A stretch of 64,000 bases of DNA, taken from Pristiophorus japonicus. Its lineage: Eukaryota. Position 1 is the stretch's first letter. Each line of letters starts with the position of its first letter. The translations under genes were made by a program, and so were the position numbers. Location: assembly GCF_044704955.1 (NCBI RefSeq), contig NC_091999.1, positions 58,218,001-58,282,000 of the forward strand, given 5' to 3'. The notes under the pieces are model-generated. The model did not search any database. It was given only the letters and a program-made list of their open reading frames with translations, and was not told the DNA's origin. Of this stretch, positions 24,826 through 37,471 are shown in pieces.

Positions 24826-25899
24826 AAGTACGCTAATTTAAGTCATCTTTCTATACACGTGTAGAAGCTCTAACAATCTGTTTGTAGATTTTGATAGCTT
24901 ATTTAATTTTATATTTTCTCCCATATTATCAGTTGCATGTGCATCTTTTGCAGAATTCCAAAATCTTCCCAATTTTTGGGCTTACTACTCTTTTTGTCAA
25001 CATTCCATGGCTGTTAATTTAATCTAATACTATCTTTAACTTCCCTTGTTAGCCACGGTTGCACCATTTTTCCTGTGAGGTTTTTATTCATTATGGAAGT
25101 TTATCTAATCTGACGGCTCTGTATGATGAGCTGAAGGTGAATTTGCAATAATAATTTTGCTAATTCCGCCCTTGATACTTCCTGATCATCTGCACCTCTT
25201 GTGGTTTGTTCTAAAAAAAATCCTCTGGGTAAACGTTCAAGCTAGTTATTGTTGTGGGTGTTATGAATCATGTTTGAAGTAAGCTCTGGAGCTTGCAGTA
25301 GATGTCGTTTATCAGCAGGTGGCGACAATGATCATATTGATACATGAGTCATGTGGAGACGGATGTTGCTGAGCATTTCAGTCACCGTCCATTTTGTCAA
25401 AACAAGTAAAACAATATAATTAATGCTTCTCAGTCAGTCAAATTTGAAGGGAGCATGTATCCTTAGAAATAATCTGAAGGGCAAATAAAGATTGAATTTT
25501 TTTCAATCCAAATTTTAAGAAGATTGTCGGGCTCTTGTCGAGGATGCAGAGGAGATTGGTGCAAGGCATGAGGGAGTTCAGTTTTCTGGAGACGAGAGAG
25601 GATGGGTTTATTCTTATTATAGCAGGGAATGCTTAGGGGAGAATTAACAGATGTTTTCAAAATTGTGAAGGGGTTTCATTGAGTTGATAGTAAGGTGGGG
25701 ATTCTATCGGCAGGTCTATCGGTAACCAGAACATAAAGATTAAGATGAATGAAAAAATAAATCCAGACGGGAGATAAGGAGATTTTTTATGCAGCGAGTT
25801 GTAATAACCTGGAATGTAGTGTCTGAAAGGGTGATGGCAGCAAATTTAATTATAACTTTCAAATCGGGAAATCAATATATATTTGAAAAGGAAAGATGA

Positions 25900-28520
25900 T
25901 CTGGTGTAATAAAAAGAGAGACAGTGTCGAAGATAATATAAACAGTGACAATGCCTGGCGTATTATAAGAAGAGACAGGGTCTCGTGTGATATAAACTGA
26001 GACAGTGTCTATTGGAATATAAACAGAGACAGAATCTAGTGTAATACAAACAAAGATAGGGTCTAGTGTAATATAAACAAGGATAGTGTCAGAAAGAATA
26101 TAAACAAAGATAGTGTCTGGTGTAATATAAAGAGAGACATGGTCTAGTGTAATATAAACAGAGAGAGGGTCTAGTGTAATATAAACAGAGACACATTCTA
26201 ATGTAGTATAAACAGAGACAGTGTCTAGTATATTATAAACAGAGACAGGGTCTAGTGTAATATAAACAGGGATAGTGTCTGGAAGAGTTTAAACAGAGAC
26301 AGGGTCTTGTGTGATATTAACAGAGACCGGGTCCAGTGTAATATAAATAGAGACAGGGTCTAGAGTAAAATAAACAGAGACAGGGTCTAGTGTAGTATAA
26401 ACAGAGACAGGGTCTAGTGTATTATAAACAGAGACAGGGTCTAGTGTAATATAAACAGGGATAGTGTCAGAAAGAATATAAACAGAGGCAGTGTCTGGTG
26501 TAATATAAACAGAGACAGGGTCTAATGTAGTATAGCAGAGACAGTGTCTAGTATATTATAAACAGAGACAGGGTCTAGTGTATTATAAACAGAGACAGCG
26601 TCTAGTGTAATATAAACAGGGATAGTGTCTGGAAGAATATAAACAGAGACAGGGTCTTGTGTGATATGAACAGAGACCGGGTCCAGTGTAATATAAATAG
26701 AGACAGGGTCTGGAGTAAAATAAACAGAGACAGGGTCTAGTGTAGTATAAACAGAGACAGGGTCTAGTGTATTATAAACAGAGACAAGGTCAAGTGTAAT
26801 ATAAACAGGGATAGTGCCTGGAAGAATAAAAACAGAGACAGGGTCTAGTGTAATATGAACAGAGACAGGGTCTAGTGTAATACAAACAGAGACAGGGTCT
26901 AGTGTAATATAAACAGGGATAGTGTCAGAAAGAATATAACAGAGGCAGTGTCTGGTGTAATATAAACAGAGACATGGTCTAGTGTAATATAAACAGAGAC
27001 AGGGTCTAGTGTAATACAAACAGAGACAGGGTCTAGTATAACATAAACAGGGATAGTGTCAGAAAGAATATAAACAGAGGCAGTGTCTGGTGTAATATAA
27101 ACAGAGACATGGTCTAGTGTAATATAAACAGAGACAGGGTCTAGTTTAATATAAACAGAGACAGGGTTGAGTCCAATATAAACAGGGATAGTGTTAAGAA
27201 GAATATAGACAGAGACAGTGTCTAGTGTAATATAAACAGAGGCAGGGTCTAGTGTATTATAAACAGAGACAGGGTCTAGTGTAATATAAACAGGGATAGT
27301 GTCTGGAAGAATATAAACAAAGACAGGGTCTAGTGTAATATAAACAGAGACAGAGTCTAGTGTAATACAAACAGAGACAGGGTCTAGTGTAATATAAACA
27401 GGGATAGTGTCAGAAAGAATATAAACAGTGGCAGTGTCTGGTGTAATATAAACAGAGACATGGTCTCGTGTAACAAAAACAGAGGCAGCGTCTAGTTTAA
27501 TATAAACAGAGACAGGGTCGAGTCCAATATAAACAGGGATAGTGTTAAGACGATTAGACACAGACAGTGTCTCGTGTAATATAAACAGAGACAGGGTCTA
27601 GTTTAATATAAACGGATACAGGGTCTAGTGTAATATGAAGAGAGATAGGGTCTAGTGTAAAATAAACAGAGACATGAGCTAGTTTAATATAAACAGAGAC
27701 AGGGTCCAGTATAATATGAACTGGAAGAGGGTCTAGTGTAATGTAAACAGAGGCAGGGTCTAGTGTAATATAAACAGAGACAGTGTCTAGTACAATATAA
27801 ACAGAGACAGGGTCTAGTGTAATATAAACAGAGACAGAGTCTAGTGTAATATAAACAGGGATAGTGTCTGGAACAATATAAACAGAGACAGGGTCTAGTG
27901 TAATATAAGCAGAGACAGGGTCTAGTTTAATATAAACAGAAACATGGTCCAGTGTAATATAAACAGAGACAGGGTCTAGTCGAATATAAACAGAGACAGG
28001 GTCTAGACTAATATAAACAGAGACAGTCTCTAGTGTAATATGAATTGGGAGTGGGTCTAATGTAATGTAAACAGAGGCAGGGTCTAGTGTAATATAAACA
28101 GAGACAGGGTCTAGTACAATATAAACAGAGACAGTGTCTAGTGTAATATAAACTGGGACAGGGTCTAGTGTAATATAAACAGAGACAGGGTCCAGTGTAA
28201 TAAAAACAGAGACAGAGTCTACTGTAATATAAACAGAGGCAGGGTCTAGTGCAATATAAACTGGGACAGGGCCCAGTATAATATAAACACCGACAGGGTC
28301 CATTATAATATAAACAGAGACAGGGTCGAGACTAATATAAACAGAGACAGTGTCTAGTGTAATATAAACTGGGACAGAGTCTAGTGCAATATAAACAGAG
28401 AAAGGGTCTAGTACAATATAAACAGAGACAGGGACACGGGTAATATAAACAGAGACAGGGTCTCGTGTAATATTAACAGGGACAGGGTCTTAAGAGAGCC
28501 AGGTTCTAGTGTAATATTAG
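25900..28520 (+). repeat. 27-bp minisatellite array (about 95 units)
   Basis: Unit gtaatataaacagagacagggtctagt; gives spurious YITLDPVSV-repeat ORFs. Confidence 0.95.
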
Positions 28521-28679
28521 ATAGAAGTACAGATAGATGGATAGAAGTACGAATCGACGGACGGACGGACAGACGAATGGACCGACCGACCGAACGAAAG
28601 ACAGATAGACAGTCAGACAGACGTGAAGATTCGCATGGCTGGAATGTTACCATCAAATTATTCCAGGCATTCTATATGT

Positions 28680-29600
28680 TTAAATTACTCTGGACCCTGT
28701 TTAATTATAACTACACTCGATCATCTCTCTTTTCGGATTGCACAAGGCCCTGTCTCAGTTATTACTGCACAAGTCTCGGGATCAATTTTATTACTGTGGA
28801 TACTGTCTCAGTTACACTGCACTAGACCGTGTCTCTGTTTATATTATGCTCGGCTCTGTATCAGTTATCACAGTACTGGACCCTCCGTTATAATACTTTA
28901 GACCCATTCTCAGTTACTACTGAACTAGATGCTGTCTCTGTTTATATGACCGTACACCATGTTTCTGTCAATATTTCACTAGTTCATGTCTCTCTTTATA
29001 TTACACTCGATATGTCTCAGTTTATATTGCACTAGAAAATGTCAATGTTTCTACTACAATAGCTCATGTATTAGTTAGTATTAGAGCACGTTATCCTTTG
29101 TTATATTATGTTGGACCCTGTCACTATTTATATTATACTATCCCCTGTCTCTTTATAATAGATTGGTCCTGTCTCTGGTTATATCACACTAGACCCTGTC
29201 TCTATTTATATTACACTCGACCCTGTCTCTATTTATATTACACTAGGCCCTGTCTCTGTTTATATTATACTAGACTCTTTATTTTTTACATTACACTAGA
29301 CACTGTCTCTGTTTATATTACACTAGACACTGTCTCTGTTTATATTACACTAGACCCTGCACTTTTTATATTACACTAGATATCGTCTCTGTTTATATTA
29401 CACTAGCCCCTTTATTTTCTATATTACACTAGACACTGTCTCTGTTTATATTACACTAGGCCCTGTCTCTGTTTATATTACACTAGACGCTGTGTGTTTA
29501 TATTTTATACTGGTCCCTGTCATTGTAGATATTACACTATATCCTCTCTCTGTCTATGTTATACTTGGACGTGTCTCGGTTATTACTGCACTAGACCCTG
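28680..29600 (-). repeat. Same 27-bp minisatellite in inverted orientation
   Basis: Unit actagaccctgtctctgtttatattac; more degenerate near 28.7-29.1 kb. Confidence 0.9.
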
Positions 29601-29689
29601 GGGTATAGATGTGTCTATATAGGTCAAATCGAGCAATCCATTTGGCTGAGGGTCAGACGTCGCACCGATGAAGCTATGGCGACTAAATC

Positions 29690-29840
29690 ACGTTCATGAC
29701 GCTGCTTTGTTGTAAACAATGACGTCACCCATTGTTTACGTGTTGCTGACGTGATGATGTCAAAGAGGTAAACACGAAATGCAATATACAGGAAGTTGCA
29801 CTGACAAAAACAATTTTCTGCGATAGTGATGTCACACTGT
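29690..29840. promoter_or_regulatory. Candidate enhancer/promoter: CRE + FOX + ETS cluster
   Basis: GTAAACA 29712, TGACGTCA 29720, TGTTTAC 29733, TGACGTGA 29747, TGATGTCA 29755, GTAAACA 29768, CAGGAAGT 29789, AGTGATGTCA 29825. Confidence 0.45.
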
Positions 29841-29841
29841 G

Positions 29842-30185
29842 CCATCAAACATTCCCAGGGCAGGGACAGCGCGGGTCTATGCAAAGAAAAGCTCCCTCGA
29901 TGCTGTCCCATCAAACACTCCCAGCTCAGGTACAGCACGATTCGAAAAACAATAAAGCTCCCTCTATACCGTCACATCAAACGCTCCCAGGGCAGGTACA
30001 GCACGGGTAAGCTATAGAGTAAAGCCCCCTCTACACCGTCCCATCAAACTCTTCCAGAGCAGGTACATCACTGGTCTATGCAGAGAAAAGCTCCCTCGAA
30101 ACCGTCCCATTAAACACTCGCAGGGCAGGTACAGCACGTAGTTAGATGCAGAGTAAAGTTCCCGCTACAGAGTCACATCAAACAC
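29842..30185. repeat. 66-67-bp minisatellite (about 5 units)
   Basis: ccatcaaacactcccagggcaggtacagcacggg...agagtaaagctccctc at 29842, 29908, 29974 and 30041. Confidence 0.85.
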
Positions 30186-30984
30186 CCAAGATCATTGAGT
30201 TCACATGATATATTTTATTATAAAGCTGCCTCTCCGCACACCCACCAATTTGGTTTGAGGCCTGGAAATAGACCTTAGAGAATATTTTTGTTTGACATTG
30301 GCTTCTTATTGTGAAGTAAAAATAATGACGCATTCTTTAGAGGCAAGGCAAAAGGTGGGGATAGTAGAGAGAGGCAGAGAGGGAGGGGATACAGAGAATT
30401 GCCACGAATACATTTGAGCTGTGACTATGTACGGTGACTAGAATCTTTCCCTATTCTGGCCGCGGATAACATCGTTGATTTGTTCACCAATAACTGAAAA
30501 TAAATATCCCAAACATCAATTGTTGCTGGAATCCGTTGAGACATTAGCGTTTCTTTCTCTGTTTATTTCTATTCTGTCGTTCACTATTCTAATCTGGGAC
30601 TTCTATTTCTGCGTTTATTTACATAAACACCTCACAGGTTTCCATGAAGTGTTCATGGCAGCAAAAGCAGATCCACAAAGTCATTTACTGATTAGTTTTA
30701 ACTCACAGCACGATTTATTTTATGAATATTGGTAGTTGGTACAAAGAAATGGAAATATCTCCAGCTGTGACATCGGTTTTTGGTTTGTTCAATTAGAAGA
30801 GATGTGATTTATATCAAAGGGAACATATTAAAATTAATAATTCAATTCTGAAAATTCTGCTACCAATGTCAATGGAATCTCGCTGAACAGATCAGTAATT
30901 CACTGGATGTCCATTTAGCGTAAGATTCCAGCCACTTAAAATAAACACGTTAAAACAGCGAACAGAGGAGTCACCCATTGCAAC

Positions 30985-31460
30985 GTGTATTTTAAATGTT
31001 GACGTTTAGAAATAACTTTCACGACTTTCACGTCGTCAGAATGTCCAAAAGTGCTTTATAATGAAGTACGTTTGAAGTGTAGTCACTTTTGTAATGCAGG
31101 AAACGTGGAGTCAAATTGCACACAGAAAGCTCCCACAAACATAATGTGATAATAATACAGAATCTGTTCTTTAGCGATGCTGGTTAATGGATAAGTATGT
31201 GTAATGGACTTCGGGGTGAACTCCCCTGCTATTTAAAATTGTGCCATTCAATCTCTTACATCCAACTGTAAGCGAAGACTCAGCAGATGTAACGTCTCAT
31301 CCGAAAGACTGCTCCACCGTCAATATAGCCCCCCCTCCCCTTCTCCTTCGGTACTGGTACCGGGAGTGCCAGCCGAGATTATGTGCTCAGTCTGTAGAGA
31401 GGGGTTGAGAACCCACAGCCTTCTCACTCAGAGGTGAGAGTGATCCCATTGTACCGGGGC
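30985..31460 (-). mobile_element. DeuSINE (SacSINE1-like)
   Basis: Reverse complement of the element at 12735-13155 (tgaagtgtagtcact, agctcccacaaac, aacgtctcatccgaaagac). Confidence 0.7.
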
Positions 31461-31824
31461 TTTAGCACGTCACAGCTTAATTTTTTAGATGTTGTCATTT
31501 AGTTCAGAGTGTCCAAAGATCAGTGCCTGAGACGAGTCTTACACAATCGGTTTAATTCCTGGGGATAATGCTCTTATCTTGCCTGGGATGATATTCTGGC
31601 ACTGTTGTAAAATGGGATCAAATCTTAGCGAATCCTCATCTGGATGTTCATGAGGTGCATCAGTAGAACAGCTGGAAACTGGGACGGTGCTCCTTATATC
31701 CGAGAATGTTAAGGCAGATTTAATAGTGGCGATCAAAATTATGAGGAGTTTTAATCAAGTAAATAGTTAGAAAACTTTACCACTGGTAGGACGGACAGTA
31801 ACCACAAGCCAGAGATTTAAAATG

Positions 31825-31942
31825 TATTACTGCACTAGACCCTGTCTCTGCTGAGATTACACTAGACCCTGTCCCTACTTACATTGCACTAGACCCTGTC
31901 TCTGTTTACATTACACGAGACCCTGTCTCTATTTATATTACA
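31825..31942 (-). repeat. Short block of the 27-bp minisatellite
   Basis: About 4 units of actagaccctgtctct... Confidence 0.8.
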
Positions 31943-31944
31943 GT

Positions 31945-33200
31945 CGCTTAAACAAAGGGGACTACAGTGGGATGATGGCAGAGTTGTCTAAAGTAGACTG
32001 GAAACGCAGACTAAACGGTGGCACAATTGAGGAACAGTGGAGGACGTTTAAGGAGCTATTTCATAGTGCTCAACAAAAATATATTCCAGTGAAAAAGAAG
32101 GGCGGTTAGAGAAGGGATAACCAGCCGTGGATAACCAAGGAAATAAAGGAGAGTATCAAATTAAAAACCAATGCGTATAAGGTGGCCAATGTTAGTGGGA
32201 AACTAGAAGATTGGGAAAATTTTAATCGACAGCAAAGAATGATTAAGAGAACAATAAAGAATGGAAAGATAGATTACGAAAGTAAATTTGCGCAACACAT
32301 AAAAACAGATAGTAAAAGCTTTTACCGATATATAAAACGGAAAAGAGTGACTAAAGTAAATGTTGGTCCCTCAGAAGATGAGAAGGGGGATTTAATACTG
32401 GGAAATGTGGAAATGGCTGAGACCCTAAACAATTATTTGGCTTCGGTCTTCACAATGGAAGACACAAAAACCATTGCAGAAATTGCTGGTCACGGGAATG
32501 TGAGAAGGGAGGACCTTGAGATAATCACTATCACAACGGTGGTAGTGCTGGATAGGCTAATGGGACTCAAGGTAGAAAAGTCCCCTGGTCCTGATGAAAT
32601 GCATCCCAGGGTATTAAAAGAGATGGCAGAAGTTATAGCAGATGCATTCGTTATAATCTACCAAAATTCTCTGGACTCTGGGGAGGTCCAGCGGATTGGA
32701 AAGCAGCTAATGTAACGCCTCTGTTTAACAAAGGGGGCAGACAAAAGGCAAGTAACTATAGGCCGGTTAGTTTAACATCTGTAGTGGGGAAAATACTTGA
32801 AGCTCTCATGAAGGAAGGAATAGCGGGACATCTAGAAAGGAATAGTGCAATAAAGCAGACGCAACATGGATTCATGAAGGGGAAATCAAGTTTAACTAAT
32901 TTACTGGAATTCTTTGAGGATATAATGAGCATGATGAATACCGATGAATGTGGTATATTTAGATTTCCAAAAGGCATTCGATAAGGTGCCACACAAAAGG
33001 TTACTGCAGAAGATAAAGGTACGCGGAGTCAGAGGAAATGTATTAGCATGGATTGAGAATTGGCTGGCTAACAGAAAGCAGAGAGTCGGGATAAATGGGT
33101 CCTTTTCGGGTTGGAAACCGGTGGTTAGTGGTGTGCCACAGGGATCGGTGCTGGGACCACAATTGTTTACAATATGCATAGATGACTTGGAAGAGGGGAC
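31945..33200 (+). mobile_element. CR1 ORF2 fragment (linker and RT domains)
   Basis: [51 protein letters not shown]. Confidence 0.92.
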
Positions 33201-35390
33201 AGATTCAATCAAGTTAGTCAGATATGACCTTCCCTGAACAAATCCGTGCGGACTCTTCCTGATTAATCAATGTGTTTCCAAATAAAGATTTATCCTGTCA
33301 TTCAGGATTTTTCCAAAAAAAATTCCCACCACTGAGGTTAGGCTGACTGGCCTTTAATAAATCGATCTATCCTTGTCTCCCTTTTTAAACAAAGGTTAAA
33401 CATCAGAGGTCCTTCAGTCCTCTGGCACCACACCTGTAGCCAGTGTGGATTGGAAAATGATGGTCAGAGCCTCTGCTATTTCCTCTTTTGCTTCGCTTAA
33501 CAGCCTGAAATACATTTCATCTGGGCCTGGGGATTTATCCACTTTCAAAGCTGCTAAATCCCTTAATACTTCTTCTCCAACTATGTTTACCTCGTCCAAT
33601 ATTTCACACTCATTCCTCATTGCAAAATCTGCATCGCCCCTCTCTTTTGTGAAAACAAATGCAGGGTATTTATTAAGAATTATATTCACATCTTCTGCTT
33701 CCACACACAGATTTCCTTTGTGGTCTTTAATAGGCCCCATTCTTTCTCTAGTTATCCTCTTAATGTATTTATAATGTCTACCTGTCCTGAAACCTTCATG
33801 GGTCTGTGGATATGCACTCCTAGGTCTCTTTATTCATTTACACTTCTCAGTATCCTACGATTCATTGTGTATTCCCTTGCCTTGTTAGCCCACCCAAATG
33901 CAAGACCTCACACTTCCGCGGATTGAAGTCCACTTGCTACTATTCTGCCCACCTGATCAGTCCATTGACATCTTCCTGCAGCCTATAACTTTCTTCTTCA
34001 TTATCAAACACAAGGCCAATTTGTGTTTCATCTGCATACTTCCTAATCATACCCTATAGATTGAAGTCCAAATTATTGATAAAAAAGGGACCTAGTAGTG
34101 AGCCCTATGGATTCCCCACTGGAGACAGCCTTCCAGTCTCAAAAACACCCATCAACCATTAACCTTTGCTTCCTGACTCTGAGCCAATTTTGGATCCAAC
34201 TTGCCACTTTGCTTTGTACCCAATTGCTTATACTTTTGTGACCAGTCTGCCTTGTGGGACTTTATCAAAATCGCTGCTAGAATTCATATACACATATTCA
34301 AATGCACTGCCCTCATTAAATTTTTTGAGGGGCTATATAGGAGAGTCAATCGGTAGACAGACCTGGCTTTCCCTTAACATATCCATGCTGACTGTCCTTG
34401 ATTAATCCGTGTCTTCCCAAATGAAGATTTATCCTATCCCTCAGCATTTTATCCAAACATTTTCCCACCAACGAGCTGAGGCTCTCCCCAGCTTGTAGAG
34501 GATCTAGGTCCCAGCTTTGTTCAGGTGCATCCCGACTGGCTTGTCCAGGTCTCACCGCCCCCAGAAACAGTTGCAATACCACAGGAATTTAAAGTCTTCC
34601 CTCCTGCATCGTCTCAAGCCACATATTCACCTGCTCGATCCTCCTATTTCTGTACTCACTAGCACGTGGTACTGGGAGTAATCTGGAGATTACTACATTT
34701 GATATCCTGTTTTTTAGTCTCCTTTCCAGCTCCCTTAAAACTGCCTGAAGGACGTCATCCCTCTTTCGACCTTTGTCATTGCTGACAATTAGACCACGAC
34801 TTCTGCTATGCACCCCCCTCCCCCCGTTCCCTCACAATGTCCTGCACCCTTTCAGTGACAAACCTTGACCCTGTAACCAGGGAGGCAATAACTATCCTGC
34901 AGTCACGTCTGCAGCCTCCAAACGTCCTTATTACTAGGGGGATCAAGGGGTATGGCGAGAAAGCAGGAATGGGGTACTGAAGTTGCATGTTCAGCCATGA
35001 ACTCATTGAATGGCGGTGCAGGCTAGAAGGGCCAAATAGCCTAGTCCTGCACCTATTTTCTATGTTTCTATGTCTGTCTATTCCCCATGTATCAAATGAC
35101 CTACCACTATTGCTCTTCCACTCTTCTTCCTTCCCTTCTGTACAGCTGAGCCACCCATGGTTCCATGGACTTGGCACTGGCTTCACTCCCCAGAGCAACC
35201 ATCATGCTCCTCATTAACCAGAACTGAAAATCGGTTAATGAGTCAGGCGATTCCTGTCCTACATGCCAGTTCCTCCTTGTCTGTGTGACGATCTTCCATT
35301 CCCTCTATGCCTGCACAATTTTAAGCTGCTGGGTGACTACCTCCTGAAATACGTTATTCTCGAAGCTCTCAGCCCCGCGGATAGACTGCA
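33201..35390 (-). mobile_element. Rearranged minus-strand CR1 fragments (ORF2 pieces 33.2-34.5 kb; ORF1 esterase remnant 34.5-35.4 kb), with a plus-strand CR1 3' end nested at about 34930-35072
   Basis: KSPGPDEMYFRLL, SQHGYVKGK, VVISRLLPVPRASEYRNRRIEQVNMWL. Confidence 0.8.
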
Positions 35391-35617
35391 TTGACGCTAG
35401 CAACTGCTCAAGCTCCGAAACCCGATGCTCAAAATGCACATAAGGAATCTATATGGGTAGAGCTGCAGAACACCAAAGGGCAATACACGTTAGTGGGAGT
35501 TGTGTACCGACATCCAGACAGTAGTAGTGATGTTGGGGAGGGCATCAAACAGGCAATTAGGGAGCTGGCGACACTTCCCGCAACGTGGTCATCCAGATGT
35601 TCCCACATGGCCCAGTA

Positions 35618-35895
35618 TGTGTATTCCATGGGACTGTGCTGCCTGACCAGGATGTACATTCCATGGGACTGTGCTGCCTGCCCAGGATGTACATTCCATG
35701 GGACTGAGCTGCCTGCCAAGGATGTGCATTCCATGGGACTGAGCTGCCTGCCCAGGATGTGCATTCCGTGGGATTGAGCTTCCCTGCCCAGGATGTACAT
35801 TCCTTGGGACTGAGCTGCCTGCCCAGGATGTGCATTCCATGGGACTGAGCTGCCTGCCCAGGATGTGCATTCCAACCGACTGTGCTGCCTGCCCA
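35618..35895. repeat. 35-bp minisatellite (about 8 copies)
   Basis: Unit gtacattccatgggactgtgctgcctgcccaggat; contiguous, no spacers. Confidence 0.9.
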
Positions 35896-36624
35896 AGATA
35901 TAAATTCTCTACAGACAGTTCTAGTTTCTCTGGAACATTCTTTACTCTCTTGCTTATCCTAAGCTGTATGATTAGTCCACTCCACTGCTCTGCCTCATAA
36001 CCCTGCAAATCTTTGCAACTCAAATATTTATCTCTTTTGCACGTAAAGAGTGAATCTGCCTCCACCACCCTTACAGGCAGTGCGTTCCAGGCCATAACAT
36101 TTCGCTACTGAATGTTTTTCGCTCTTGTGGCATCTGGTTCATTTGCCAATCATGTTAAATCGGTGTCCTCTGGCTACCGAGCCGTCTGACACTGAAAATG
36201 TTTTCCTTCATTAAGAGGGTTGGTGGGCTGGAGGAGGTTACAGAGATAGGGAGTGGCGAGGTGTTGGCGGGATTTGAACAAGAGGAGGAGAATTTTAAAG
36301 GCTGAAGCTACCCGCCGTCTCCCCCAGGGCAGAATGTGGTTCTCTATTAACAGGAAGGATTTTTGTTTCACAACTAAAGATGCATAATGAGGGGAAATCA
36401 ATCTGTGTACCTTTAACTAACAGCGATATGGAAAGAGAGAAATGAATGGCCTTTAAACACCTGGTTATCGACCCCCGAAACTGTAAATTATTTCTCATTA
36501 TATAACCATAGAAATTTACAGCACGGAAGGAGGCCATTTAGGCCCATCGTGTTTGCGCAGACTGATAGAGAGCTATCCAGCCTAATCCCACTCTCCAGCT
36601 CTGAGTCCGGAGCCTTGTAGCTTA

Positions 36625-36943
36625 CAGAGGCGTGGGTTCGGTGCCATTGGGCAGCGCGGGCCAGACCACACAGTGATATGTGTGCACACTAGGTCCGTGC
36701 AACAGAGCACATCTAGGATAACCCTTGCCACTGGAATAAGACCTAGCTCTGTCAAGCCCGTGTGGCGGCTGGTGTGTAACGGCCACCACACGTTAAAAAA
36801 ATCCATGCACAAGCATCTTCCACCCGTCAGGATGTAGTTTGGAACCTGGAATATTAGGTTCTTCATTGAAACATCTGTGAACTCATCCTTCTTTTTGGCG
36901 TGGAAGCAAGTCATCCTCGTTTCGACGCACTGCCAATGATGAT
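36625..36943 (+). mobile_element. SINE-like element with an RTE-type 3' tail
   Basis: Ends gtggaagcaagtcatcctcg...actgcc.atgatgat, matching the reverse complement of the (CAT)n-tailed RTE end at 60.4 kb. Confidence 0.55.
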
Positions 36944-36949
36944 ACTTTG

Positions 36950-37470
36950 TAGCGGGTGAGTATGCAATGTGTTGTGTGAGTACAGATTAATATTTGTCCG
37001 TATATGTTGTTTTGTGTGGGTACACTTTGTATTGTGTGAAGTCACGATATATTGTGTGAGGAGAACTTGTGTTGCATGAGTACAGCTTTTATTGTGTGAG
37101 CACACCTTGTATTGTGTGCGTACTGACTTTGTTGTATGAATACAGCTTATATAGTGTGAGTATTGATATTATGGTGTGAGTTTACATTTTATATCGTGTG
37201 AGTATAACTTTTATGGTATGAGCACACGTTTTATCGTGTAAGTACATCTTGTATTGTGAAAGTAAAGCTTTTGTTGTATGTGTACTCCTTGTATTGTATG
37301 AGCACCCCTTTTACTGTATGTGTACACCTTTTATTATGTGAGTACACCTTGGGGTTGTGTGCGTAAACCTTGTAATGTGTATGTACACCTTGTATTGTGT
37401 GAGAATAGATTGTATTGCGTAATTTCAGCTTGTATTGTATAAGTACAACATGTATTATGTGAGTAAACCT
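36950..37470. repeat. 20-bp minisatellite, left part
   Basis: Unit ttgtattgtgtgagtacacc. Confidence 0.85.
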
Positions 37471-37471
37471 T

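Noticed and set aside
26522-28303. Repetitive ORFs (YITLDPVSV)n
   Set aside because: Translation of a 27-bp satellite that lacks stops in one frame; no gene structure.
35618-35895. CRISPR-like 35-bp repeats (also the 38-bp repeats at 13713-14010)
   Set aside because: Units are contiguous with no unique spacers, there are no cas genes, and the context is vertebrate.
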